Assembly: GCA_965223415.1 (NCBI GenBank)
Contig: OZ245002.1
Location: 4,832,001 to 4,896,000 of the forward strand
Source: Myxococcota bacterium
GTDB lineage: Bacteria > Myxococcota_A > UBA9160 > UBA6930
DNA length: 64,000 bases
Direction of reading: 5' to 3'
In this document: positions 1 through 10,206 of the stretch, one piece after another
How the letters are laid out: each line of letters starts with the position of its first letter
How positions within the stretch are numbered: position 1 is the first letter of the stretch
Made by a program: the position numbers and the translations under genes
Notes under the pieces: model-generated
Seen by the model: only the letters and a program-made list of their open reading frames with translations
The model's database searches: none
What the model was told of the DNA's origin: nothing

Positions 1-615
1 CTCGGAGCCGCGGCCGACTGGGCACGTCGCCACGGCGTGTGGCTCCTCGCCGGGACCTTCCCCGAGGCGGCCGGGGGGGAGCGCGTGTTCAACACGAGCG
101 TGCTGCTCTCGCCCGAAGGCACGCGGGTGGCGGTCTACCGCAAGATCCACCTCTTCGACGTGGACCTGTCCGACCAGGGCGGCGACCCGTACCAGGAGTC
201 CGCCACGATCGCCGCTGGCGACGAGCCGGTCCTCGCCCAGACCCCGTTCGGCCCGGTCGGCCTCTCGGTCTGCTACGACCTGCGCTTCCCGGAGCTCTAC
301 CGCCGCTATACCGCGGAAGGCGCCCGCTTCCTCACGGTGCCCTCCGCCTTCGCCCGGGAGACCGGCAAGGATCACTGGGAGGTGCTGCTGCGGGCCCGGG
401 CGGTCGAGAACCAGTGCTTCGTGCTGGCGCCCGCCCAATGGGGCGCTCACGGTCCCGAGCGCTCGAGTTACGGGCGGGCGATGGTCGTGGACCCCTGGGG
501 CCTGGTGCTGGCTCGCGCGCCGGATCGGCCCTGCGTCCTTCTGGCCGATTGCGACCTCGAGGCCCAGGACCGCATCCGCAAGGCCCTGCCCTGCCTCCGG
601 CACCGGCGCCTCTGA
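1..615 (+). CDS. Carbon-nitrogen hydrolase (nitrilase superfamily, Nit1/Nit2-like), 5' end outside window
   Basis: Motifs YRKIHLFDV, GLSVCYDLRFPELYR (catalytic Cys) and HWEVLLRARAVENQ; frame is open back to position 1. Confidence 0.92.
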   Translation, partial: LGAAADWARRHGVWLLAGTFPEAAGGERVFNTSVLLSPEGTRVAVYRKIHLFDVDLSDQGGDPYQESATIAAGDEPVLAQTPFGPVGLSVCYDLRFPELYRRYTAEGARFLTVPSAFARETGKDHWEVLLRARAVENQCFVLAPAQWGAHGPERSSYGRAMVVDPWGLVLARAPDRPCVLLADCDLEAQDRIRKALPCLRHRRL

Positions 616-680
616 GGCCTCTCAAGCGGGCCCGCTGGCGATCCGATGACTCCCAGGGCCCGCGTGGCCGGGGGGGATGT

Positions 681-1004
681 GTGTCTTCGAGACCGCACGC
701 CAAGCTGCAGATCCTGAACGGTGGGTTCGAGGGGATGACCTACGAGCTGGCCGACGAGGAGACGCTGATCGGTCGCAACCCGACGACCGACATCACGCTG
801 CTCGACGAGGGAATCAGCCGCGAGCACGCCCTCGTGGTCTACGACGGGGAGACCTGCGAGTTCTCCATCGAGGATCTCCAGTCCACGAACGGCACCAAGG
901 TGAACGGCAAGGGCGTCCGCTCCGCGCCGCTCGCGGACGGCGACGAGGTGACCATCGGCCACACCGTCTTCCGCTTCGAGCTCGCGGGATCCGATGCCGG
1001 TTAG
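681..1004 (+). CDS. FHA domain protein
   Basis: IGR...ISREHA...DLQSTNGTKVNG FHA signature in the C-terminal part of ORF 39..1004; GTG start at 681 is estimated. Confidence 0.9.
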   Translation: MSSRPHAKLQILNGGFEGMTYELADEETLIGRNPTTDITLLDEGISREHALVVYDGETCEFSIEDLQSTNGTKVNGKGVRSAPLADGDEVTIGHTVFRFELAGSDAG

Positions 1005-1053
1005 CCCTGCCCCGAGCCGAGGGGTATACCCCCACCCAGGAACGGAGGGTCCC

Positions 1054-1752
1054 ATGGTTTCGCTCGACACCCGGTCGTGGCTGCTCGTCACCCTGCTCGC
1101 CCTCGGGCTCGCTCCCGGGCTGGCCGGCTGCGCCTCCACCGCCGGTCCGCCGCCCACCGCCGAGGCCGGGAGGCCGTACCGCATCGGCCCCCCGGATCAG
1201 CTCGTGATCACGATCCTTCCGGCGCCGGAGATCCAACGCCAGGTCACGGTCCGGCCGGACGGCATGATCTCCATCGACCTGGTCGGCGACATCCCGGCCG
1301 CGGGACGGACCCCGGACGAGGTCGCCCACGACATCGAGCAGCGCATCGGCCGCTTCAAGCGCGACGCGGTGGTGACCGTCGCCCTCACCCAGTCCCTGAG
1401 CACCGAGATCACGGTCCTCGGCGAGGTGGGCCGCCCGTCGACCTTCCCGCTCTCTCGGGAGACCCGCCTGGTGGAGGCCCTGGGCACCGTGGGGGGTCCG
1501 CGTCCCTACGCGAACAAGGACGCCATCCGCATCATCCGCTTCGTGGACGGACAGACGAAGATCTTCCAGTGCGATCTCGCCGCCATCGAGAAGGGCGACC
1601 TCTCGACCAACTACCTGCTCCAGGGCGGCGACGTCATCGTCGTGCCGCCGACGTTCATCGCCCGGGTGGGCTATGCGCTGCAGAGCCTGCTCTTTCCCTT
1701 CCAGCAGGTCTTCGGCGCGACACGGAACGTCACCGGCGGCGGGGTGCTCTGA
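1054..1752 (+). CDS. Polysaccharide export lipoprotein (Wza/Poly_export + SLBB)
   Basis: GGAGGG RBS before ATG 1054; lipobox LAGC; YRIGPPDQL, VRPDGMISIDLVG, VLGEVGRP. Confidence 0.9.
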   Translation: MVSLDTRSWLLVTLLALGLAPGLAGCASTAGPPPTAEAGRPYRIGPPDQLVITILPAPEIQRQVTVRPDGMISIDLVGDIPAAGRTPDEVAHDIEQRIGRFKRDAVVTVALTQSLSTEITVLGEVGRPSTFPLSRETRLVEALGTVGGPRPYANKDAIRIIRFVDGQTKIFQCDLAAIEKGDLSTNYLLQGGDVIVVPPTFIARVGYALQSLLFPFQQVFGATRNVTGGGVL

Positions 1753-1756
1753 TCGC

Positions 1757-3196
1757 CTAGCGACCCGTGCCCCGCAGCACGGCGGGGATCGTGCGAAGCA
1801 GGATTCGCACGTCGTTGCCGAGCGACCAGGTGTCGATGTACTCGAGGTCCATCCGCACCCACTCGTCGAACTTGCTCACGTCGTTGCGTCCGCCGACCTG
1901 CCAGGAGCAGGTGAGCCCGGGGCGCATGGAGAGGCGCCGGCGCTCGAAGGTCTCGTACTGGGCCACCTCGTGGGGAAGCGGCGGGCGCGGCCCGACGAGG
2001 CTCATGTCGCCCTTCAGCACGTTCCAGAGCTGGGGCAGCTCGTCGATGCTGTAGCGGCGCAGGAAGCGACCCACCCGCGTGACGCGCGGATCGTCCTGGA
2101 GCTTGAACACGGGCCCGTCCATCTCGTTCAGGTGGGCCAGGCTCTCCTGCTGCTGCTCGGCGTCGTCGCACATGGTGCGGAGCTTCAGCAGCGAGAACTG
2201 CCGCCCGTTGAGCCCGCTGCGCAGCTGCCGGAAGAGGATCGGGCCCGAAGAGGTGGCGCGGATGACGAGCCCCGCCGCGCCGATCACCGGCGCCGTCGCC
2301 AGGAGCAGGAAGCCGGCTCCGGCGAAATCGAGAGCGCGCTTGACGAGCAGGCGGCTCGCGCTGTGGTGCACCGGAGCGAAGCGCAGGGACGCGAGGGAGC
2401 CGAAACGGGTCACCTCGGGCGGCGGCAGATAGTCGCCGAAGATGTCCGCCAGCAGGGTGAAGGGAATGCCGGCGCTCCCGCAGGCGGCGACCACCGGCAG
2501 GAGCTCCGTCAGCATGGAGCGCGGACAGGCGATGATCACGTCGTCGATCACCTGGTCCCGGAGCAGCTGGGGCATGTCGATCAGCTTGTGGCAGCGGTCC
2601 GCCGGGATGTCCGCGTCGACCGGCGGGTCCTCGTCGTCGATGAAGCCGACGATGCGCAGGCCCCACTCCGGGTGGGTCCGCACCAGCTCCTGCACGGCGG
2701 CGGCCCGGGGCCCGGAGCCGACGATCAGCACGTGGCGGGTGTTGCGTCCCAGGCGCCGCAGGCCCCGAAGGGTGCCGAGGATGGCCAGACGCTCGGCGGC
2801 CAGCAGGCCGAACTGGACGAGGCCGAACAGCAACGGGAAGCGGGGCCCGACCGGCGCCTTCAAGGCGAAGGCGGTCGCGGTGAGCAGCAGCGTGGCGATG
2901 GTGCCGGCCACCACCAGCCGTGTCAGCACCTTGTCCAGGGGCATCATCCGCTGGGACTCGTAGAGCCCCAGCTGCTGCAGCGTCAGGGGCCAGGCGAGGC
3001 AGGCCACGAGGGCCGTGACCAGCAGCCGGCCCGTGATCACCCACTCGGCCCCGGCATTGAGGCCGCTCACCGTGGGGAAGGCGAAGAAGAAGCCCAGCAG
3101 GATCGCCGCGGAGAGGGCGACGTCCAGGGTGACGAGGAGAGTGTGGAGTCGCCCGCCCTGGTTCTTCAGCACTGCCACTCCTCTCGCCCGGCGCAC
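1757..3196 (-). CDS. Priming undecaprenyl-phosphate sugar phosphotransferase (WcaJ/WbaP family)
   Basis: N-terminal TM helices, Rossmann-like middle, C-terminal KLRTM...DDPRVTRVGRFLRRYSIDELPQLWNVLKGDMSLVGPRP; real start may be ~20 nt downstream. Confidence 0.93.
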   Translation of the reverse strand: MRRARGVAVLKNQGGRLHTLLVTLDVALSAAILLGFFFAFPTVSGLNAGAEWVITGRLLVTALVACLAWPLTLQQLGLYESQRMMPLDKVLTRLVVAGTIATLLLTATAFALKAPVGPRFPLLFGLVQFGLLAAERLAILGTLRGLRRLGRNTRHVLIVGSGPRAAAVQELVRTHPEWGLRIVGFIDDEDPPVDADIPADRCHKLIDMPQLLRDQVIDDVIIACPRSMLTELLPVVAACGSAGIPFTLLADIFGDYLPPPEVTRFGSLASLRFAPVHHSASRLLVKRALDFAGAGFLLLATAPVIGAAGLVIRATSSGPILFRQLRSGLNGRQFSLLKLRTMCDDAEQQQESLAHLNEMDGPVFKLQDDPRVTRVGRFLRRYSIDELPQLWNVLKGDMSLVGPRPPLPHEVAQYETFERRRLSMRPGLTCSWQVGGRNDVSKFDEWVRMDLEYIDTWSLGNDVRILLRTIPAVLRGTGR

Positions 3197-3632
3197 GGCC
3201 GCAGAGAGCGACTGCTACCGATAGATGAGTGGCCTCGAAGCCCCCCCTGGTGTCCCGGGAAAAGGGACCCGGTGTTCCACTTCATGGACGGCACACCCCG
3301 CGGGGAACTGGGGCGCGGCGGAACAGCTACGGCGGCGGCGGGTTCCCTCCGGGAACCCAACGAACTCGGCATCGCGATCCTTCGAGAGCGTGAGGACTCG
3401 CCTGTGCGAGACCCAGCGGCCACCTGGACCTTCGATGAATACACGATTTCCCGGAACGATTCGAGAAAAACCCTAACCCGGCGAGGGGAATCCCCACCTC
3501 TTGCTGTTTTTCGCAGAGCCCCCAAGCTCACCTGGCAATCCAGGCGCGCGGAGGGGAACCTTCACTCCTCCCAGAGTCACGCCGAAGAGACCGAAGTCTT
3601 CCTCCACCGCCGGGAACCGAGGCACCCGCTGC

Positions 3633-4484
3633 ATGTACGAGTCGTTCTTCGGACTCCGCGAGCCGGCATTTTCGCTGGCTCCGGATCCGCGTTTCCTGTG
3701 GCCGTCGGACACCCATGACGAGGGCCTCGCGGCGTTGGTGTACGGGATCACCCGCCGCAAGGGCTTCCTGCTCATCACCGGCGAGGTCGGCACGGGGAAG
3801 ACGACGCTCCTGCGAGCGGCCCTCGACCGGATTCCCGCGGACACCGAGGTGGCCCTGATCCTGAACACCGCCGGGCTGCGCCCGGTGGACCTGCTCAAGC
3901 TGATCGCCACGGAGTTCCGGCTGCCGGGGCCCTTCGACGGCAAGGTGGACTACGTCATTGCCCTGAACCGCTTCCTCATGCAGCAGCTCGAGAGCGGAAC
4001 AAACACCGTTCTGATCATCGACGAGGCCCAGAACCTCGATTCCGAGCTGCTCGAAGAGGTGCGCCTGCTCTCGAACCTGGAGACGGACACGGAGAAGCTG
4101 CTGCAGATCGTCCTCACCGGGCAGCCCGAGCTTCGCCAGAAGCTCGCGGCCCCGAACCTGCGCCAGCTGCGCCAGCGGGTGGCGATCGAGCACCACATCC
4201 AGCCCCTCTCCTCCGACGAGGTGGCGCGCTACCTGGCCCACCGCCTCGAGGTGGCGGGCGGCCGCTCCGAAGAGGTCTTCGAGCCCGGTACCGACGCGGC
4301 TTTCTACGCCTTCTCCGGGGGCTGCCCCCGTCTGATCAGCCTGCTCGCCGATCGGGTACTCCTCGCCGCCTTTTCCAAGCAGGTGAAGCCGGTGCCGGCC
4401 GCCCTGGTCGAGCGCAAGGCGAAGGAGATGGCCGAGGCGCGCCTCCACGACGCTCCGGCCCTCGGCGGGGGCGAGCATGGGTGA
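3633..4484 (+). CDS. ExeA/GspA-like AAA ATPase (type found in PEP-CTERM/exosortase EPS loci)
   Basis: MYESFFGLREPAFSLAPDP start, Walker A GEVGTGKT, Walker B IIDEAQNL, LTGQPEL, GGCPRLI. Confidence 0.9.
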   Translation: MYESFFGLREPAFSLAPDPRFLWPSDTHDEGLAALVYGITRRKGFLLITGEVGTGKTTLLRAALDRIPADTEVALILNTAGLRPVDLLKLIATEFRLPGPFDGKVDYVIALNRFLMQQLESGTNTVLIIDEAQNLDSELLEEVRLLSNLETDTEKLLQIVLTGQPELRQKLAAPNLRQLRQRVAIEHHIQPLSSDEVARYLAHRLEVAGGRSEEVFEPGTDAAFYAFSGGCPRLISLLADRVLLAAFSKQVKPVPAALVERKAKEMAEARLHDAPALGGGEHG

Positions 4485-5367
4485 AATCTCGGAAGCCCTG
4501 CGCCGTGCCAAGGGCCAGGAAGCGGAGACGGAGCCCGCGGAGCCGACGCCCGCCGAGCACGTCTACCGCGAGGCCCTGGCCCAGGCGCCGGTGGAGGCCC
4601 CGGCCGAGTCCGGTCCGCCGGTCGAGATCCCGACCGCACCGCCGGACCACGGCCACGGGCGCATCGTCCTGCTCGAGCCGAAGGGGCCGGTGGCGGAGCA
4701 CTATCGCCACTTCGCGATCCGTCTGAACCGCGCCCTCAAGCGGGCCGAGGCCCGCTCGGTGCTGATCACGAGCGCGTCCCGGGCCGAGGGCAAGACCACC
4801 ACCTCCTGCAACCTGGCCCTGGCCCTCTCATCCATCGCCGGCGGGCGCCAGATCGCCTTCGTCGAGCTGGACATCCGCCGCCCGTCCGCATCGGACGAGC
4901 TGGGGGTCACGCCGCGGGTGGGGATCGAGCAGGTCCTCGCCGGCGACGCGCGCCTTGCCGAAGCGCGGGTCACGACGACGCTTCCGGACCTGGACCTCTA
5001 CCTGGCCAGCCAGCCCCGGGAGGACGCGCTCGCGCTGCACTCCGGGCCGCACCTTCCCCCGACCCTCCGCGAGCTCGGCCGACAGTACGACCTGGTCGTG
5101 ATCGACTCGCCGCCGGTGCTCCCGGTGCCCGACGTCCCGCTGATCCTGCAGCACGCGGACGCCGCCCTGCTCGTCGCCCGAGCGGGCATCTCGCGCAAGC
5201 ACGCCTTCCGCGACATGCTGGACGTGCTGGGCACCGAGAAGCTGATCGGCGTTTTCCTGAACCAGTCGGGCACGCCGCGCCACAGTCGCTACTACGGCTA
5301 CTACAGCTACGAGTCCTCCGCCGCCGCCGGCCCGGAGGACGCCGCCGAGAAGGAGCCGGCTTCGTGA
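4477..5367 (+). CDS. CpsD/CapB-family tyrosine-protein kinase (stand-alone Wzc kinase domain)
   Basis: SASRAEGKTT Walker A, VIDSPP Walker B, C-terminal tyrosine cluster RYYGYYSY. Confidence 0.9.
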   Translation: MGEISEALRRAKGQEAETEPAEPTPAEHVYREALAQAPVEAPAESGPPVEIPTAPPDHGHGRIVLLEPKGPVAEHYRHFAIRLNRALKRAEARSVLITSASRAEGKTTTSCNLALALSSIAGGRQIAFVELDIRRPSASDELGVTPRVGIEQVLAGDARLAEARVTTTLPDLDLYLASQPREDALALHSGPHLPPTLRELGRQYDLVVIDSPPVLPVPDVPLILQHADAALLVARAGISRKHAFRDMLDVLGTEKLIGVFLNQSGTPRHSRYYGYYSYESSAAAGPEDAAEKEPAS

Positions 5368-6749
5368 GCGAAGAGGATCTCGAGGGAGGCGGACTCCCGG
5401 ATTTCCTGCGCGACCCGACGGGCACCCTTCGCCGCCGCTGGCGGTGGATGGCGTTGGTCCTCGCGACCGGGCTCCTGGCCACCGGCGCGCTGGTGATCTC
5501 GATACCGGTCCAGTACCTGGCGACCGCATCGATCCTGGTGAGCGGGCAGTCGATCCCGGAGGACTTCATCCGCCCGATCGTGGAGGAATCGTCCTTCGAG
5601 CGGATGAACGAGCTGATCAGCGAGATGACCTCGCGGGAGCGCCTGCTCACCCTCGAGAAGGACCACGATCTCTACCCGGCCCTGCGCGGAACGGTCTCGC
5701 CGAACGAGCTGGTGGCCATGGTGCGCTCGAGCATCGAGGTGGGCACCGAGCGGGGCCTCGGCCGCCGGCAGCGCGGCGAGACCTCGAGCATCTACACCGT
5801 CTCGTTCCGGCACACCCAGTCCTCGGCGGCGGCGGCCGTGGCCAACGACCTGGCGGGGGACTTCGAGGCGGTGAGCGTGCGCATTCGCGGCGAGAAGGCC
5901 CGCCTCACCACCCAGTTCCTGCGTGACCAGCTCGTCGAGAAGGAAGCCGAGCTCCAGGCCCAGGAGCGCAAGATCACGCGCTTCAAGGAGCAGTACCGGG
6001 GCGAGCTTCCCAGCGAGCTGCAGTCGAACCTGGCCAAGCTCGAGCGGCTCGCGGCAGAGCGCCAGTCGATCAACGGCGCCATCGCCGAGGCCGAGACCCG
6101 GCTCGCGATGATGTCGGCGACCGGATCCCCCGAGAACCCGAACTCACCTCTCGCCCGCCTCACCTCGCTCAAGAGCCAGCTCGCCGAGCAGACCGCCGTC
6201 TACACCGACGAGCATCCGAACGTGCTCTCCCTGCGCCGCCAGATCGCGACCCTCGAGAAGGAGATCGCCGCGGGGGCCGGCGCCACCGCCGACCCGACCC
6301 GCGCCATCCTGCTTCGCTCGTCGGAGCGCAGCCTCAGCGACCTGCGCGCGCGCCTCGGCGAGATCGCCGTGGAGATCGCCGACCGGGAGGCCCGGGTGGC
6401 CCGCACGCCGAAGCGGGAAGAGGAGCTCAGCGCCCTCGACGACCGGGCCTCGGTGCTCCGCCAGGAGTACCTGGGCTTCCTCCAGAAGGTGGAGGCAGCG
6501 GAGCTGGCCGGGAAGCTCGAGACCGCCCAGCAGGGTGAGCAGATCGAGATCCTGAGCCCGGCCCTGCCGCCGAGCGAGCCCGAGGCCACGCGGCTCAAGT
6601 ACCTGCTGGCCGGTCTGGTCGGCAGCCTCGGCCTGGCCGCTGCCCTGGGCCTGGCCCTCGAGCTGCTCGATCCGGTGCTCGTGTCGGGGGAGCAGATCGA
6701 GGAGCAGTTCGGTCTGCCCGTGCTGGGCTCGGTCCCGCGCATCTCGTAG
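5364..6749 (+). CDS. Polysaccharide co-polymerase / chain length determinant (Wzz/GumC family)
   Basis: Two terminal TM segments flanking coiled coil; YTDEHPNV; PALPPSEP; ends GLPVLGSVPRI; 4-nt overlap with kinase gene. Confidence 0.88.
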   Translation: MSEEDLEGGGLPDFLRDPTGTLRRRWRWMALVLATGLLATGALVISIPVQYLATASILVSGQSIPEDFIRPIVEESSFERMNELISEMTSRERLLTLEKDHDLYPALRGTVSPNELVAMVRSSIEVGTERGLGRRQRGETSSIYTVSFRHTQSSAAAAVANDLAGDFEAVSVRIRGEKARLTTQFLRDQLVEKEAELQAQERKITRFKEQYRGELPSELQSNLAKLERLAAERQSINGAIAEAETRLAMMSATGSPENPNSPLARLTSLKSQLAEQTAVYTDEHPNVLSLRRQIATLEKEIAAGAGATADPTRAILLRSSERSLSDLRARLGEIAVEIADREARVARTPKREEELSALDDRASVLRQEYLGFLQKVEAAELAGKLETAQQGEQIEILSPALPPSEPEATRLKYLLAGLVGSLGLAAALGLALELLDPVLVSGEQIEEQFGLPVLGSVPRIS

Positions 6750-6757
6750 GAGCATCC

Positions 6758-7501
6758 GTGACGGCCCTGTGGCTCGGCCTGCTCGTGGCCTTCGCCCTCT
6801 CCCCGAGCCTGGCGGAGACCGCCCGCCACCTCGGCGAGGAGCCGTGGAAGAGCTCGGCGCTGGTGGTGCCCCTGCTGCTGGTCGCACTCGCGCGGGTGGA
6901 GCGGCAGCCGGGCGCTCCGCTGCGGCGGGGCGCCCTCGCCTGGATCGCCCTCGCCGTCGCCTGGGAGCTGTTCGCGGCGGGCAGCGGCGTGCTCCGCTGG
7001 TCCCGCCTGTCCCTCGGCCTGGCCGGCTACGGCTGGCTGCGCGCCACCTCCCTCACGCGGCCCGCCTCTGCCGCCCTGGCGTTCCTGGCGGTGCCGATCC
7101 CGAGCTTCGCGAGCCTGCTCACCAGCCCCTTCCTCGAGCACACCTGGGCGCGACTGGCCTCCCAGGTCCTGCCGGGCGTCGGGCCGTACCGGTTTCCGGT
7201 AGACCTGCACCACGGCGACGGCGGCGTTCATCTCACCGTGCTCGGCACGGCCCTCGGGCTCTACGCCGGCCTCCGCTTCGGCCAGCCGCCCCTTCGCCGC
7301 CTGGGCCTCGCCGGGGTCGGCGCCCTCGGCCTGGTGCTCCTCCAGCCCCTGGCCGTCACCCTGGCGGGCGGGATCGGTCAGATGGTCGGCGCCGAGGGGG
7401 GACGGCGCTTCCTCGACTTCGCCCTGCCCTGGGCCGCCGGCGCGGCGGTACTCCTCTCGGTGGAGCGGCGGGCGCCCGGGCCGGCGGAGGCTGCGGCCTG
7501 A
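6758..7501 (+). CDS. Exosortase (EpsH)-like multi-TM protein lacking catalytic residues
   Basis: Directly upstream of EpsI; multi-TM; SALVVP and FLAVPIP resemble exosortase motifs; no Cys anywhere in the protein. Confidence 0.6.
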   Translation: MTALWLGLLVAFALSPSLAETARHLGEEPWKSSALVVPLLLVALARVERQPGAPLRRGALAWIALAVAWELFAAGSGVLRWSRLSLGLAGYGWLRATSLTRPASAALAFLAVPIPSFASLLTSPFLEHTWARLASQVLPGVGPYRFPVDLHHGDGGVHLTVLGTALGLYAGLRFGQPPLRRLGLAGVGALGLVLLQPLAVTLAGGIGQMVGAEGGRRFLDFALPWAAGAAVLLSVERRAPGPAEAAA

Positions 7502-8166
7502 TGGGCGAGCGGATCCTGATGGGCATCCTGGGCCTGGGCCTGGCCCTTGCCGGGGCCTTCGCCTGGTGGCTCACCCTGCGCACACCGCTGGTGCCAGAGC
7601 CCGCATCCCTGGACGCGTTGCCCTTCCAGATCGGCCGCTACCGCGGCGAGCCGATCCCCGTCGAAGACACGGTGGAGTCGATGCTGAACGCCACCCACAA
7701 CGTGCAGCGCGCCTACCTGCACCCGCTGGGCGACGTGATCTGGCTCTACCTCGGCTACTACGGCACGGCCCGCGGCGGAACGCCCGAGCACACGCCGCGC
7801 GCCTGCTACACCGCCCACGGCTGGGAGATCGCGAGCGAGTCCACCATCGTCCGCGATCCGGTCTCGGCGCTCTCGGCCAACGAGTACCTGGTCGAGCTGG
7901 AGGGCCAGCAGCGGCTCGTCGTCTTCTGGTACCAGTCGTTCCGAGCGGCGGACCTGCTCTCGACCTTCGACCTGCGCGTCGACCACATCCGGGGCCAGCT
8001 CGGCACGGGCCGCGGGGACGGCGCCCTCGTGCGGCTCTCGACCCCGATCCGCGAGGGGGACCGGGAGGCGGCGCGAAGCCGGTTGCTCTCCTTCGCCGCC
8101 GAGATCTCCCCGCAGATCAGGCGGCACTGGCCCGCGGAACGGCCCGCCGCTCCCCCGGGCTCATGA
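7501..8166 (+). CDS. epsI: EpsI family exosortase-associated protein
   Basis: N-terminal TM, LPFQIGRY, WLYLGYY, EHTPRACY (H-x-P-x-x-C), FWYQ, DGALVRLSTP; ATG overlaps upstream TGA. Confidence 0.85.
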   Translation: MGERILMGILGLGLALAGAFAWWLTLRTPLVPEPASLDALPFQIGRYRGEPIPVEDTVESMLNATHNVQRAYLHPLGDVIWLYLGYYGTARGGTPEHTPRACYTAHGWEIASESTIVRDPVSALSANEYLVELEGQQRLVVFWYQSFRAADLLSTFDLRVDHIRGQLGTGRGDGALVRLSTPIREGDREAARSRLLSFAAEISPQIRRHWPAERPAAPPGS

Positions 8167-10004
8167 TCCAGCTCAAGCTCGAGCTCGCCCTGGCGACCGG
8201 GGCGCTGCTGGTGGGCCTGGCTCTCTCCGGGCCGCGGGGTGCGTGGACGGAGCTCGCGGGCCTGGCCCGGGCGACCGCGCTCCGGGAGCGGGCGCTCTTC
8301 GCCGGAGCGCTCGTGGTCTTCGCGGCCATGGCGCTCCTCGCGCACGGCGCCGAGGGCGCGCTCCGCCACCTGGCCAGCGCCATCGCCAGCACCCTCGCCT
8401 TCGCCGGGCTCTGGCTCGCGGCCCTGCGCCTGCCCGAGGGTGCCCGTCTGGTGCGCGGCGTGGTCGAAGCGCCGTGCTGGATCCCCGCCCTGGTCGCGGC
8501 GGTCCTCGCCCTGCTCGCCCAGCAGCTCGTGCTGGGCGACGTGCCCCACGTGAGCGACGAGGTCGCCTATCAATTCCAGGCCCGCGCCTACGCCCAGGGA
8601 CGGCTCGGCTTCGACCCACCCGCCCACTTGCGCTTCTTCGAGTTCATCCACACGACGATCGACGGCGGCGTCTGGCACGGCATCATGAACCCGGGCTGGC
8701 CGCTGCTCCTCGCCCCGGGGTTCGCCCTCGGCGTCCCGTGGCTGGTGGGCCCCGTGCTTGCGGGGGCGGCGCTTCCGCTCCTCCACGGCTTCCTGCGCCG
8801 GGCGGGAGCCGGGCGGCCGGTGGCGGGCCTCGCCATCTGGTCCCTCGCCCTCTCGCCCTTCGCCGCCTTCATGGCCGGGACCTACATGGCCCACACGGCG
8901 GGCCTCTTCCTGCTCTCCGCGTTCCTCTGGGGCTGGATCCGCGTGTGGCGCGAAGCGGAGTGGGCCGGTGCCGCCGTCGCAGGCCTGGCCCTGGCGCTCG
9001 GCCTGGCGGTCCGGCCGGTCGACGCGGCGGCCGCCGCCCTGCCCTTCGGTCTGGCCCTGGCGCTCCGCGCCCTGCGACGGCCCCGCTGGCTTCCGACCCT
9101 GCTGGCCATCGGTCTCCTCGGCTCCACCGGCGCCCTCGGCACCTTCGCCTACAACCGGGCGCTCACCGGCGATCCCTTGGTGTTTCCGCAGACCCGCTAC
9201 TTCGAGCAGCGCTTCCCGGGCCAGGGCTTCGGCCTGGGCTTCGGACCGCAGATGGGCAGCAAGGTGCACGGCCCCGAGTGGCCCGGCTACTCGCCGAGCG
9301 ACGCGCCACGGGTCACGAGCCATCGTCTCGTGCAGTGGCTGCGGGACGTCTGGGGCCTGCCCTGGCTCACCGCCGTGCTGATCGGCTGGGCGCTCCTGCG
9401 CCGGGGCGATCCGTTGCCGCTCCAGCTGCTGCCGGCGGCCGCCCTGGCGCTGCTGGCGATCTACCTGGCGCACTTCTACCACGGCATCGCCTTCGGCTCG
9501 CGCCATTACTTCCTGGCGCTGCCCGCCGCCGCCCTGATGCTAGGCGCGGCCCTCGCCCAGGGCCTCTTCTCCGACGCTGCCAGCCGCCGCCGCGCCGGTG
9601 CCGCGGCCGTCGCCCTCGCCGCTCATGGGATCTTCTTCGCGACGCCTCCCCTCGTGCTGGAGTACGGCGACGGCTACCGCATGGCGTCCTCTTCCCTTCG
9701 CGAGGCCGTGGAGGACGCGGAGCTCGAGGATGCGCTCGTGTTCGTGGCCGGTGACCACTGGGGCTGGAAGTCCGGCTTCCCCCTGAACGAGCACCCGATC
9801 GGCCGGGGGACCGTGGTCTACGCCCAGGACCTCGGCGACGAGAACGCGATCCTGCGGGCGGCCTACCCGGACCGCAGCGCCTGGCGAGCGACGCGCCGCG
9901 GCGACGACAGCGTCGTGCTGGAGCCCCTCGCTCCCCGGCTGAACCCGTCTCGGCGCCCGTGCGTGAAATGCTCCCGGCTCGCGAACGCCGACCCCCGGCC
10001 TTAG
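8163..10004 (+). CDS. GT-C fold membrane glycosyltransferase (ArnT/PMT-like)
   Basis: About 12 TM segments; PHVSDEVAYQFQA acidic loop motif, PGWPLLLA, VRPVD, FGSRHY. Confidence 0.75.
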   Translation: MIQLKLELALATGALLVGLALSGPRGAWTELAGLARATALRERALFAGALVVFAAMALLAHGAEGALRHLASAIASTLAFAGLWLAALRLPEGARLVRGVVEAPCWIPALVAAVLALLAQQLVLGDVPHVSDEVAYQFQARAYAQGRLGFDPPAHLRFFEFIHTTIDGGVWHGIMNPGWPLLLAPGFALGVPWLVGPVLAGAALPLLHGFLRRAGAGRPVAGLAIWSLALSPFAAFMAGTYMAHTAGLFLLSAFLWGWIRVWREAEWAGAAVAGLALALGLAVRPVDAAAAALPFGLALALRALRRPRWLPTLLAIGLLGSTGALGTFAYNRALTGDPLVFPQTRYFEQRFPGQGFGLGFGPQMGSKVHGPEWPGYSPSDAPRVTSHRLVQWLRDVWGLPWLTAVLIGWALLRRGDPLPLQLLPAAALALLAIYLAHFYHGIAFGSRHYFLALPAAALMLGAALAQGLFSDAASRRRAGAAAVALAAHGIFFATPPLVLEYGDGYRMASSSLREAVEDAELEDALVFVAGDHWGWKSGFPLNEHPIGRGTVVYAQDLGDENAILRAAYPDRSAWRATRRGDDSVVLEPLAPRLNPSRRPCVKCSRLANADPRP

Positions 10005-10206
10005 GGCCGAAGCCCGCTTCTCTCGATCGACCAGATCGAGCCGCCGCGACGTCGATGCCGGGGCCGCCCGATCTGCACCCGACCGCCGGGATCCCGAGCG
10101 CCTGGGGCGACGAGGAGCAAGAGCTTTAGGCGACGCGATGTGGGAACCGGCGCGCGGCCCGGCGGCTCGCTCCCGCGCTTCGGTGACGCCGCAGCCCCTT
10201 CGATCG

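Noticed and set aside
3197..3632. Sigma-54 promoter or ncRNA in the long divergent intergenic region
   Set aside because: Locally AT-richer and surely regulatory, but the best GG-N10-GC candidate (~3533) lacks TTGC and no RNA family was recognisable
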